64,000 nt of DNA from Octopus bimaculoides (Eukaryota): NCBI RefSeq assembly GCF_001194135.2, contig NC_068993.1:64549297-64613296 (forward strand). The letters run 5' to 3'. The first letter of the stretch is position 1, and every line of letters begins with the position of its first letter. Below are positions 63,874 through 64,000 of this stretch, in pieces. The position numbers and the translations under genes are program-made. The notes beneath the pieces were generated by a model that was not told the origin of the DNA, did not search any database, and worked only from the letters and a program-made list of their open reading frames with translations.

Positions 63874-64000
63874 AATACAGATTCCCTTTTACTAATACAG
63901 ATTCCCTTTTACTAATACAGATTCCCTTTTACTAATACAGATTCCCTTTTACTAATACAGATTCCCTTTTACTCATACAGATTCCCTTTTACTCATACAC
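63874..64000. repeat. 20-bp minisatellite (AATACAGATTCCCTTTTACT)n, at least 6 copies, runs off window
   Basis: attccctttt recurs at 63881, 63901, 63921, 63941, 63961, 63981; the last units carry an A>C variant. Confidence 0.97.

Noticed and set aside
63874-64000. CRISPR-like array
   Set aside because: Head-to-tail repeats without unique spacers, in eukaryotic DNA.

Overview
AT-rich animal genomic DNA from a draft assembly: 11 N-gaps (about 3.7 kb), most abutting a microsatellite. The dense (AT)n/(GT)n/(GA)n microsatellites and the tRNA-derived SINE families look like an octopus (coleoid cephalopod) genome; this is inferred from repeat content only. No complete gene is present and almost all listed ORFs are microsatellite or gap artefacts. 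Supported content: (1) about 25 copies or fragments of three tRNA-SINE families (called A, B, C here); (2) decayed LINEs (R4/Dong-like x2, RTE-like x2-3, CR1-like x1); (3) DNA transposon relics (mariner N-terminus, a mini-mariner with both TIRs, a 920-bp Tc2/pogo-like non-autonomous element with TIRs and TA duplication); (4) one convincing + strand coding exon encoding a signal-peptide-like 24-mer (56518-56590); (5) candidate micro-exons and a promoter-like region at 41.9-43.1 kb. The most unusual signals are short repeats with minimal type-I hammerhead-ribozyme architecture (Penelope/retrozyme-like), a tandemly duplicated 63-bp multi-motif regulatory module, an RTE LINE tail with three C2H2 zinc fingers, and two strong fold-back palindromes.
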